Below, piece by piece: positions 38,575-46,628 of a stretch of DNA of 64,000 nucleotides (positions within the stretch are counted from its first letter, which is position 1; each line of letters begins with the position of its first letter). The stretch comes from Turneriella sp. (GTDB lineage Bacteria > Spirochaetota > Leptospiria > Turneriellales > Turneriellaceae). The notes below the pieces were generated by a model. That model saw only the letters and a program-made list of their open reading frames with translations, had not been told where the DNA came from and did not search any database. Position numbers and translations under genes: made by a program. The DNA lies in assembly GCA_965279515.1 (NCBI GenBank), contig CBDIID010000003.1, forward strand, positions 1,024,001 to 1,088,000, read 5' to 3'.

Positions 38575-39714
38575 ATGTTCAAAATCCAACGCCACCCCGC
38601 ATTTCTTGCCATAGGGGCGGCCCTTCTCTCTTTCGCCGCGGCGTTTCCGCTGGGCGCTCAAACCAGTACCCTTCCGGCGGCCGAAAATTTTACGCTCCCC
38701 ACCGCGCAGGGCTGCTCGAACCAGCTGGGTGGGGCAAAACCGAAAATCTATATCGCGAATTTTCTCGTCACCTATGGCAAAAAGACCATGGGGCGCCTCA
38801 TCGCCGACAACATCGCCTTCCGCTTTGAGAGCGATGAACGTTTTGAGCTTATCCCGCGAAAAACCATCGACAAAGAAATGTCCTCGCTGTTTAAGAAAAA
38901 GCTGAAACCTGAAGAATACCTGAATCTCGCGGTGTCGCTTGCCGCAGAGCACCAGGCCGATTGCGTGATCTTCGGGAAAATAGGCAAAAAAGGTTCACAA
39001 ATTTCTTTTCTTGTACGTATGGCAGCAGTCACTACGGGCGAAAATAAAATCAAGGTAGATGAGGATGTCGAACGCAAAGAAGCCTCGGCGTTTTTTGAAA
39101 GAACGGGGGAATCGTTGGTGGCGTATTTTAATGCGGCCGCGCCGGTCCCGGTTGTCGCAGAACAGCCCAGGAAAGAAAGTTCAAGAATCGTTTTGGTGGC
39201 CTGGGGTGGCTACAGTGTTTTCCTGCCAAATTCAGATACCGAAAAAACTATAAATTATTATAAATCTTTTTCGGGCTCAAACACTACCCTCGGAGGAATT
39301 TCAGGAGGAGCCGATCTGTGGATTCGTGTTGTCGACGGATTCGATTTGGGCGCTGGCGTGGGTTATTTATCGATTTGGAATTATAAATATACTTTAGGTT
39401 CCGCAACCTATGAAAGAGATATTCGTTTCATGCCCATTATGGCTCAGCTGCGCCTGATATCGGGAGCCGGGTTGTATTTGGCCGCTGGTTTTGGATACTT
39501 CAATAGCCTGTCGCAGGAAAGTCTGACTCAAAGTGGCCAGAAAATAAGTATTTCAATTTCCGACGGCGCACCCGCAATAAGCGGAAGCCTGGGCTGGCAA
39601 ATCAAATTGGGCAGCAGCGTCGTCATGGATTTGGGCGTAAAGTTCTGGCACATTCTCGAAAGATCTCCAGGCGAGGTAATTACGCCCTTCGCCGGCTTCG
39701 GCTTCCGCTTCTAA
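38575..39714 (+). CDS. Outer-membrane protein with a CsgG/TolB-N-like periplasmic domain and a C-terminal beta-barrel
   Basis: Signal peptide, 'ADCVIFGKI..ISFLVRM' domain, alternating beta-strands, terminal GFGFRF. Confidence 0.6.
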   Translation: MFKIQRHPAFLAIGAALLSFAAAFPLGAQTSTLPAAENFTLPTAQGCSNQLGGAKPKIYIANFLVTYGKKTMGRLIADNIAFRFESDERFELIPRKTIDKEMSSLFKKKLKPEEYLNLAVSLAAEHQADCVIFGKIGKKGSQISFLVRMAAVTTGENKIKVDEDVERKEASAFFERTGESLVAYFNAAAPVPVVAEQPRKESSRIVLVAWGGYSVFLPNSDTEKTINYYKSFSGSNTTLGGISGGADLWIRVVDGFDLGAGVGYLSIWNYKYTLGSATYERDIRFMPIMAQLRLISGAGLYLAAGFGYFNSLSQESLTQSGQKISISISDGAPAISGSLGWQIKLGSSVVMDLGVKFWHILERSPGEVITPFAGFGFRF

Positions 39715-39716
39715 GC

Positions 39717-41990
39717 TCAGCGAAAAAACTCTGTCAGGCCTGTCGACCAGGCCTTGTAGAGATCGGCCAGTTTGAGTGAAACAGAACCGAGCTTGAACGC
39801 GCCGCCGTCTGCCGCGAGACTTCCGATGCGCAGTACGGGAAATTTATCCGACGCGATCGCCGTCAGCTTCTGCGCCCCGCTCCCGTTCACCGCCACCAGA
39901 TAGCTGTGCGCTGTCTCGCCGACGAGCGCTGTATCGGCGCCGCCGGCAAGGGCGATCAGTTTCACAAGTTCCGTAACCTCTATGGAGGGCATCTTTCCCG
40001 AGGATTCAAACGTGCTAAACGCCATACGGCAAGCGGCACGCACGAGACCACCGGCAGAAAGATCGATGGCGCCCACGATGCTGCCCGATGCAGCCAGTTC
40101 GGCCATCTTCTGCGCCCCCGCGATTTCTGATGCGAGATCGAGTTCGGGTAATGGGCCGAGTGGCTTCTCACCCATAACATAATGGTATTGCGAAGCGGCC
40201 TGTGTGGGTTTAAAGTTACCGCAGAGAAACAGGGCCAGAGTTTCGTCCATCGTGGCAGGCGCAACGGGCACCGCATACTCTGCATCGGCAAGCAATCCCA
40301 CTACGCCTAATGTTGGCGTCGGCAAGACCGGCCCGTCTTCAGATTCGTTATAAAATGAAACATTGCCGCTGATGATCGGCATCTTGAAGGCGCGGCAGGC
40401 ATCGGACATGCCGGTCACAGCCTCTTTGAAGAACCAGTAATTTTCGGGGATATAGGGGTTAGCAAAGTTCAGGCAGTTCGTGAGACCAATGGGCTTTGCG
40501 CCCGTCGCGGCGATATTGCGCACCGCTTCGGCGACCGTGAGCTGCGCACCTTTATAGGGATCGACCGCAATGTAATAGCCGTTGCCGTCGATCGTCACGG
40601 CGAGCGCTGATTTAGAATCGGGCACGCGCACGACGCAGCCATTCTGGCCGGGGCCGATCACACGCCCCAGGCCAATGTCCGTGTCGTACTGGCGGTAGAT
40701 CGGTTGGCGTGAACACAGGTTGGGATGGCTTAAGAGCTTTGCGAATAACTGCGTGAGTGCGCCGGCGTCGTTTTTCGCGAGCGCGCCTTCCACGTGGTTA
40801 AGTTTCGGCGCACCTGTCTTAATCGCTACAGCTTTCGTCTCGCGCATATAACGCGGCGCTTTTTTCGAAAGTATTTCTGCGGGCAGATTGGCGTAACATG
40901 CGCCGCTCAGATAAATCTGCAAATTTTTGCCTTCAGTCGTTTCGCCGATCACCGCGGCGTCGAGCTCCCACTTATCGAACACAGCTTTGACGCCCTGCCA
41001 AGCACCGGGCTCAATCACCATGAGCATGCGCTCCTGACTTTCAGACAGCATGAATTCGAAGGGCAGCATGCCCGTTTCGCGCGCCGGTACTTTTTCGAGA
41101 TCAAGGCGCACACCGACATTGCCCGAGGCCGCCATCTCAGACGACGAGCTCACAAGGCCTGCCGCGCCCATGTCCTGGATCGCGAGCACGAGTTTTTTCT
41201 GAATACACTCGAGCGTCGCTTCCATGACAAGCTTTTCGAGAAAGGGATCACCCACCTGCACAGCGCTGCGTTCTTCTTCGGATTCTTTGCTGAGATTCTT
41301 CGAGGCAAAGCTCGCACCGTGGATGCCGTCGCGGCCGGTTTTCGCCCCGACATAGACGACAAGCTTACCCGCGCCGGGAATTTTGGCCGTGGCCATCTTG
41401 TCGATATCGGCGACGCCGACGGTCATGGCATTCACCAAGGGGTTGCGCGTATAGGTCTCATGGAAAAAGATTTCACCGCCCGCATTGGCGATCCCCAAGC
41501 TGTTACCATAATCGCCGATACCTTTAACCACACGGCGGAGCAAATAGCGGGTTCGTTGGTCTTTGGCAGGAAGTCCGAAGCGAAGCGAATTCAGCGTCGC
41601 AATCGGCCGCGCGCCCATGGTAAAGATGTCGCGCATGATACCACCCACCCCAGTCGCCGCGCCCTGGTAGGGTTCGACGGCCGAGGGGTGGTTGTGTGAT
41701 TCGACCTTGAAGACGACAGCTTGTTTATCGTTGATTTTCAAAGCACCGGCATTCTCTTCGCCGGGTTTCGCCAGCATGAGATCCGATTCAGAATACAGGG
41801 TTTTTAAAATAAGGATGGAATTTTTGTACGAACAATGCTCCGACCACATGCCGGAAAACATCGCCAGTTCAGTAAAAGTGGGCGTACGACCGATCTGGTC
41901 GACAATCATCTCAAACTCGCCGTCCTTGAGGCCGAGTTTTTTCCCCTCGGCGGCGGTGCCTTCGCGGTCGACTAACGGAACTTCACCCAT
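39717..41990 (-). CDS. purL: Phosphoribosylformylglycinamidine synthase subunit PurL
   Basis: WSEHCSYK, ESHNHPS, QDMGAAG, SESQERM, GNVSFYNE. Confidence 0.97.
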   Translation of the reverse strand: MGEVPLVDREGTAAEGKKLGLKDGEFEMIVDQIGRTPTFTELAMFSGMWSEHCSYKNSILILKTLYSESDLMLAKPGEENAGALKINDKQAVVFKVESHNHPSAVEPYQGAATGVGGIMRDIFTMGARPIATLNSLRFGLPAKDQRTRYLLRRVVKGIGDYGNSLGIANAGGEIFFHETYTRNPLVNAMTVGVADIDKMATAKIPGAGKLVVYVGAKTGRDGIHGASFASKNLSKESEEERSAVQVGDPFLEKLVMEATLECIQKKLVLAIQDMGAAGLVSSSSEMAASGNVGVRLDLEKVPARETGMLPFEFMLSESQERMLMVIEPGAWQGVKAVFDKWELDAAVIGETTEGKNLQIYLSGACYANLPAEILSKKAPRYMRETKAVAIKTGAPKLNHVEGALAKNDAGALTQLFAKLLSHPNLCSRQPIYRQYDTDIGLGRVIGPGQNGCVVRVPDSKSALAVTIDGNGYYIAVDPYKGAQLTVAEAVRNIAATGAKPIGLTNCLNFANPYIPENYWFFKEAVTGMSDACRAFKMPIISGNVSFYNESEDGPVLPTPTLGVVGLLADAEYAVPVAPATMDETLALFLCGNFKPTQAASQYHYVMGEKPLGPLPELDLASEIAGAQKMAELAASGSIVGAIDLSAGGLVRAACRMAFSTFESSGKMPSIEVTELVKLIALAGGADTALVGETAHSYLVAVNGSGAQKLTAIASDKFPVLRIGSLAADGGAFKLGSVSLKLADLYKAWSTGLTEFFR

Positions 41991-42118
41991 GCCGGAAAAA
42001 CTTGGATTTGAGACAGGCGGTCAAACCCATAGGATCCGCCAGCCAGCCATGGCATGCGGATCTGCAACCAGTCCGAAAAAGGCGTGGCAGTGCGTCGCGT
42101 ATCTGGAAATTATATCGT

Positions 42119-42610
42119 ATGCGGAATAGCTGGCACTATCTCGGATTCGCTACAATGCTGACTTTGGTCGCCTGTTCGGTAAGCGAAGACGCACGAAACA
42201 ACCCGAAAGACCCCAAATACGGCTCAACGGGCAGCGGCGGTAGCGCCAACGGTGCCGACCTGATTATCTCTAGCTTTAACCCGAATACCACCTACACAAA
42301 CAATGTGACTTATAATTTCGCGGTTACTGTGAAAAATCAGGGGAACGTCAACGCCGGCTCCTTTACGGTTGCCGTGGAAACACAGTCATCTGTCAGTTTT
42401 GTTGGCAATGCGTTTTTTTACACGGATAGTTTTGCAGGAAAGACCATCGTCACTTCGCTGGCAGCTGGCGCTTCGACGAGCCTAACTGTTTCGTATAAGC
42501 CGGTTTTTCCGTCAGATGGAATTATTGCCGCATATGCGGATATCAACGAAGTGATTTCCGAGACCAATGAAACGAACAATTACAAGTATAGCAATGTTCT
42601 CATTCAATAG
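42119..42610 (+). CDS. CARDB-domain lipoprotein
   Basis: Lipobox LVAC; ADLII...VTVKNQG...AD..ISETNETNN CARDB signature. Confidence 0.8.
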   Translation: MRNSWHYLGFATMLTLVACSVSEDARNNPKDPKYGSTGSGGSANGADLIISSFNPNTTYTNNVTYNFAVTVKNQGNVNAGSFTVAVETQSSVSFVGNAFFYTDSFAGKTIVTSLAAGASTSLTVSYKPVFPSDGIIAAYADINEVISETNETNNYKYSNVLIQ

Positions 42611-42672
42611 CCGCGTTGTCCAGGGTCTCGGACGCATCGCCGAGATGCTTTTCGAATCTCGCAAAAGGGGGA

Positions 42673-43443
42673 ATGAGTTCAGACAACATGCAAAGACTCT
42701 GCATCTGGTCTGATATCGCGGCTTATTCGGGCGCGTCGTTTTCTACTGGGCGCCATAGTCATTTCCTGACACAGCTTTGCCTTGGAGTGGAGGCTCCGCT
42801 CAGGCTGCGCGGCAGAAATGGAAACTGGCTGGAATACAAGGCCGCTTTTGTACCGCCGGGCATAAGCCATGAAACGGAGAAATCCGCGCACCCATTTATT
42901 CTCATTTTGTTCGACCCCCTGACAATCGGTGCAAATCTTTTTGCCCGACGCCCGATAGCAGAGGGTGAACCTGCGATCGATATCAGTGATGCCTTGAGCG
43001 CGCGGGAAATACAATCGATTGCCGGAACATTGGCTAACCCCACGGGGCAGTCGAAGCTGGAGATTTTACAAATATTACAACGGCACAGAACGGCCCCCGC
43101 CGAACGCCCGATCGATCCGCGCATACAGGTAAGCATGGAAAAGATTGCAAAAGAAAATTCTTCCCTGGCTGATCTGGCAATGACAGCAAGACTCTCCCTC
43201 AGCAGGTTTCGCCACTTGTTCCGCGAAGAGACAGGCATAGCCCTCTCGGGCTACAGAGTCTGGATGAAAACGCGCAAGGCCATCACGATGCTGGGCAAGC
43301 ATCCCGAATTGGCCCACGCTGCCTACCAGGGAGGCTTTGCCGACCAGGCGCATTTCAGTCGTATTTTCCGCCGCTCCTTCGGCATGAGTCCCTCGGAGTT
43401 TAAGAACCATGAAGCATTCCAGATAAGAATATTTCAGGAATAG
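42673..43443 (+). CDS. AraC-family transcriptional regulator
   Basis: LSLSRFRHLFREETG, GFADQAHFSRIFRRSFGMSP; an RBS-like AAGGGGGA precedes the ATG at 42673. Confidence 0.92.
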   Translation: MSSDNMQRLCIWSDIAAYSGASFSTGRHSHFLTQLCLGVEAPLRLRGRNGNWLEYKAAFVPPGISHETEKSAHPFILILFDPLTIGANLFARRPIAEGEPAIDISDALSAREIQSIAGTLANPTGQSKLEILQILQRHRTAPAERPIDPRIQVSMEKIAKENSSLADLAMTARLSLSRFRHLFREETGIALSGYRVWMKTRKAITMLGKHPELAHAAYQGGFADQAHFSRIFRRSFGMSPSEFKNHEAFQIRIFQE

Positions 43444-43489
43444 CCGCTGCGTTCAAGTCGATGCCGCGGGGATTGCTTACTTTGCAGCC

Positions 43490-43891
43490 ATGAATTTCCA
43501 GATGCCAAAATCATTCAGAGATGCTTACAGCGTCGAGTTGAGAAAATACAAAGAGGCTCTACGTCAAAAGCAAATGCGGGAGGCGTGGCGTTTCCTCGAG
43601 CGGGCGCATATTATTGGCCAATACCATCCCGTTTCCCATTCGGGTAGCCATTTGCGGATGCTTCTCTTTGCTGTCCGGACTGCAGATACAAAAGAATTTC
43701 TTGGCCAGTTCATCCGTTTAGCCGGGGGATGGTTTGCTTCGCTGATGAACCGCGTCCCCGTCGGCAATACCGGTGGCGCCAATGTGCCGATTTTTTCTCC
43801 CATGCCGATACCGGAAGATTTGCGGAATTTGCTGTCGGCTACAGATACTACGAGTAAGGGGCTGTCGGGCTTACGAACCACCCGAAAATGA
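43490..43891 (+). CDS. DUF3703-family protein
   Basis: AWRFLERAHIIGQ...H...H, PVGNTGGANV...PMPIPEDL. Confidence 0.8.
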   Translation: MNFQMPKSFRDAYSVELRKYKEALRQKQMREAWRFLERAHIIGQYHPVSHSGSHLRMLLFAVRTADTKEFLGQFIRLAGGWFASLMNRVPVGNTGGANVPIFSPMPIPEDLRNLLSATDTTSKGLSGLRTTRK

Positions 43892-43936
43892 GGGGCAGAT
43901 AAGCGTTATCAGTCTACGGCACCGCAGCGGCACAGC

Positions 43937-43965
43937 GCGTAAAATTTGTTGGTCGCCGTTGCCAT
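43937..43965. repeat. attC-like arm downstream of the cassette-like gene
   Basis: GCGTAAAATTTGTTGGTCGCCGTTGCCAT; imperfect inverted repeat of 44549-44579. Confidence 0.6.
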
Positions 43966-43969
43966 TCGA

Positions 43970-44545
43970 TTACTTAACCGTTACTACAACTGCAGGAATA
44001 CGGCTTATTTTCAAAGGCTGTTGATTATGCTGGCTACTCATGAACCCAGCTGAAGACCAACCCATTTCAACCTCTACGTAGAGCGCATAGAGTCGGCCTC
44101 GTCGCTTGTTCGGCAGAGTGACTTCATCTTTCAGATCAAGAAAGTCTATTTTAAAGATCGGATACTGGTCTAATTGCCCAGTTTTTCTGACATCAATGCC
44201 GTTTTTCGTTGGAAAGAATGTGAACTTAGGGCAATTTGCAAGATTTTGCGGCTGCCACATGTTTATTATCGCGCTAAGATTCTCCACTCCATCTTCACTT
44301 CGCGCCTTTGCAAACAGGCAGAGAATATTTGCAATATCGAGGAATAGATTAATTTCGTTAAGTTCGAATGACGGTTTATCCTTGAAATCCGCTGCTTTTG
44401 TGGGATCATAAATATACCAAGCACCGTAGAGTGATCCAACCGGATAGTTTGCATCGATTAATGGCGGCAGTGGTGTTTTTATACTCGCGCAGCTCAGTAG
44501 AACTATGTTGCAAAAAATCAGGCTTATCCTGACGAAGCAATTCAT
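43970..44545 (-). CDS. Hypothetical low-GC lipoprotein (cassette-like)
   Basis: LLSC lipobox, low GC, flanked by inverted arms. Confidence 0.65.
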   Translation of the reverse strand: MNCFVRISLIFCNIVLLSCASIKTPLPPLIDANYPVGSLYGAWYIYDPTKAADFKDKPSFELNEINLFLDIANILCLFAKARSEDGVENLSAIINMWQPQNLANCPKFTFFPTKNGIDVRKTGQLDQYPIFKIDFLDLKDEVTLPNKRRGRLYALYVEVEMGWSSAGFMSSQHNQQPLKISRIPAVVVTVK

Positions 44546-44548
44546 ATT

Positions 44549-44579
44549 ATGGCAACGGCGCTCAACACTGATTCTACGC
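44549..44579. repeat. attC-like arm upstream of the cassette-like gene
   Basis: ATGGCAACGGCGCTCAACACTGATTCTACGC; its 12-bp core is an exact inverse of 43954-43965. Confidence 0.6.
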
Positions 44580-44611
44580 TCACCCTCTCCCACTCTTGCG
44601 CCAACCCCGCC

Positions 44612-44716
44612 TCATCGGCAAGCGCCGATTACAAAACACTTTGAACCGTTTTCAGCAAGTATGTCGGAGACGCGCCGCGCAACCTCAAGTGTCTTTGTCA
44701 GCCGCGCTTCGTTCAT
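44612..44716 (-). pseudogene. Truncated nucleotidyltransferase-like N-terminal fragment
   Basis: Manual translation MNEARLTKTLEVARRVSDILAENGSKCFVIGACR*, which stops just after an NTase-like 'FVIGA' motif. Confidence 0.4.
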
Positions 44717-44840
44717 TCTCTTTCTTCAGCGCGGCTGTCATCACGGCATTTCGATAATGCAGATACAATGGATAAACAAGGCGCTCGTCGACGGTCAGCG
44801 ATAACAAGAAAGAGCGTTTAGCTTCATTCTTCGCCGCCAT
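44685..44840 (-). CDS. Small hypothetical protein (51 aa)
   Basis: Manual translation MAAKNEAKRSFLLSLTVDERLVYPLYLHYRNAVMTAALKKENERSAADKDT*; GGGAG upstream of the start. Confidence 0.35.
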   Translation of the reverse strand: MAAKNEAKRSFLLSLTVDERLVYPLYLHYRNAVMTAALKKENERSAADKDT

Positions 44841-44902
44841 GGTTGCACTCACTCCCATACTATAAAGCTACAGGCCTACGCGCGCACCGTCAATAAAATT
44901 CG

Positions 44903-45904
44903 CTACTTCGCCGGCTCGACCCACATCGTGCCGTAACCAACAAGGTTCGAACCCCACTCGACCCAGCCATAGCCCTGCTCGCCCCAGTACGTGCCCCACG
45001 AATTGCGGATCAGCCACGCGCGCTTCGCATTGTCCCAGCCGACAATGTTGATCGCATGGTTCACGCCGCCAGCATTCGCACCTTCGTTGAAGATGCCGCT
45101 CTTATAGCCCGTGAACATACGCGTCGCATTGATCGCCGTCGCGAGCACGCCGTGGGCGCAGAGAGCATTCTTAATCGCCTGCGGCGCCGCAACACCGTTC
45201 GCGACATAGCCCGATTTCACCACGATAAAATTACCGTCGGGCGTGACGTTCTTGCACATGCCTTTTTTTGCCTGATAAGGATAATTCGTCTCCACATCGC
45301 CGTTCATCTTTTTCATCTTATCCCAAACCGTGCCATACCAGCCGCCGTCGCAGCCGAACTCGCGCGTGCAGTTCAGGAAATACTGCTCTGCCATATCGAC
45401 CGATTGCCGTGTCTGAATCAGGTGAGCACTTTCATACGAGGCCATCGCTGAGAACATATAACAATCCCCGCAGGATTTCTGGTCGCGCACCGCAGGTACA
45501 ACACCGTGCGCGCGCCAGTCAAACGACTCGGCATTGGGATTGCACTTGCTGCGCGGATCTTCGGTCGGTACCGGCGGTACGGGTTCTGGCGCCGGCTCAG
45601 GTTCTGGCTTGGGATTCGGCTTCGGCGGTTTCGGCGGTTTGAGGCCCGTGATATCCTTCATTTTTTCTTTCATCTTCTCGTTGATCTCAACCTGAAAGTT
45701 CAAACCCTTCTTTTTTATTTCATCGCGCATGCCGTTGATCTCTTCGCGCATCTTCTGCATCATCGCGTCATTCTGAGAGCGCATCGACTCGAGTTTGCCG
45801 GCGTTCGCCTTTTTCAAATCGTCGTAACTCTGCGAAGAAAGTGCGGTAACGGCGACGCATGCGCCTATGACGAGGGGGGATATCCACCGGTTCTGTGATT
45901 TCAT
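44903..45904 (-). CDS. Secreted papain-family (C1) cysteine peptidase
   Basis: FDWR, QKSCGDCY, CDGGW, NHAI, RNSWG..WGEQGY; signal peptide and a Pro-rich linker. Confidence 0.92.
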   Translation of the reverse strand: MKSQNRWISPLVIGACVAVTALSSQSYDDLKKANAGKLESMRSQNDAMMQKMREEINGMRDEIKKKGLNFQVEINEKMKEKMKDITGLKPPKPPKPNPKPEPEPAPEPVPPVPTEDPRSKCNPNAESFDWRAHGVVPAVRDQKSCGDCYMFSAMASYESAHLIQTRQSVDMAEQYFLNCTREFGCDGGWYGTVWDKMKKMNGDVETNYPYQAKKGMCKNVTPDGNFIVVKSGYVANGVAAPQAIKNALCAHGVLATAINATRMFTGYKSGIFNEGANAGGVNHAINIVGWDNAKRAWLIRNSWGTYWGEQGYGWVEWGSNLVGYGTMWVEPAK

Positions 45905-46099
45905 ACCCTAATGAGACGTTTCACACAGCAATGTAAAGACCATTTTTTTCCGCCGCAAACCATCCGCGTAAAAAAAACCGACCTTTTTCACACCCAGAAA
46001 CGTCTAAAACATATCAAAAAAGGCCCTTTCGGCTTGACCCGTGACGCGCCCCGTGCGATACGGGGGTAATCCCAAAGGGAAAAATTGATAGGAGAAAAT

Positions 46100-46576
46100 A
46101 TGAAGAAATTAGCGTATTCTGCTTTTTTTGCAGTGGCGTTCCTCGCAACATACTGCGGTTCTAAAGGAAATTTGACCGATATTAGTCAGGGCGAAGGCTC
46201 TGTAGACTCACTCGAAGAAGGTTTTGTCGGCGATGACAAACTGATCGTAAAAGGTGACGGCGTATCTACACCGGGCCTGAAAACCAACCTGCAAAAAGAA
46301 GCTGCGGCGAAAGAAGCTGCACGCATCGACGGACAACGTAAAGTTATCGAAATCTGCCGCGGCGCAAACATCCAGGCTGCAGCAACGGTTGACAACTTCG
46401 CACTCGCTGGTTCTGCTGTAGGTAAAGACCTCGCAGGCCGCATGAAAGGCGCGAAAGTGAAAAAAGCCAACTGCAAACCAGACGGCGACCAAATTGGCTG
46501 CAAAGTACTGATGGAAATCGAAAAGAAAAACATCAAGAAAGACTGCGAATTGGCAATGTCTGACTTGGCGAAATAA
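46100..46576 (+). CDS. LipL21/LPP20-like lipoprotein
   Basis: Strong AGGAG RBS, spirochaetal lipobox (ATYC), 'KEAARIDGQ...GRMKGAKV..C' pattern. Confidence 0.6.
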   Translation: MKKLAYSAFFAVAFLATYCGSKGNLTDISQGEGSVDSLEEGFVGDDKLIVKGDGVSTPGLKTNLQKEAAAKEAARIDGQRKVIEICRGANIQAAATVDNFALAGSAVGKDLAGRMKGAKVKKANCKPDGDQIGCKVLMEIEKKNIKKDCELAMSDLAK

Positions 46577-46599
46577 TCTTTCTTAACGAAAGATTAGTC

Positions 46600-46623
46600 A
46601 AGGGGGCTTCGGCCCCTTTTTTT
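46600..46623 (+). terminator. Rho-independent terminator
   Basis: AAGGGGGC-TTCG-GCCCCTT followed by a T-run. Confidence 0.85.
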
Positions 46624-46628
46624 ACGCC

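Noticed and set aside
45560..45645. Short tandem-like repeats (GGCGGTTTC etc.)
   Set aside because: They encode the Pro-rich linker of the C1 peptidase and are not a CRISPR array or an independent repeat.
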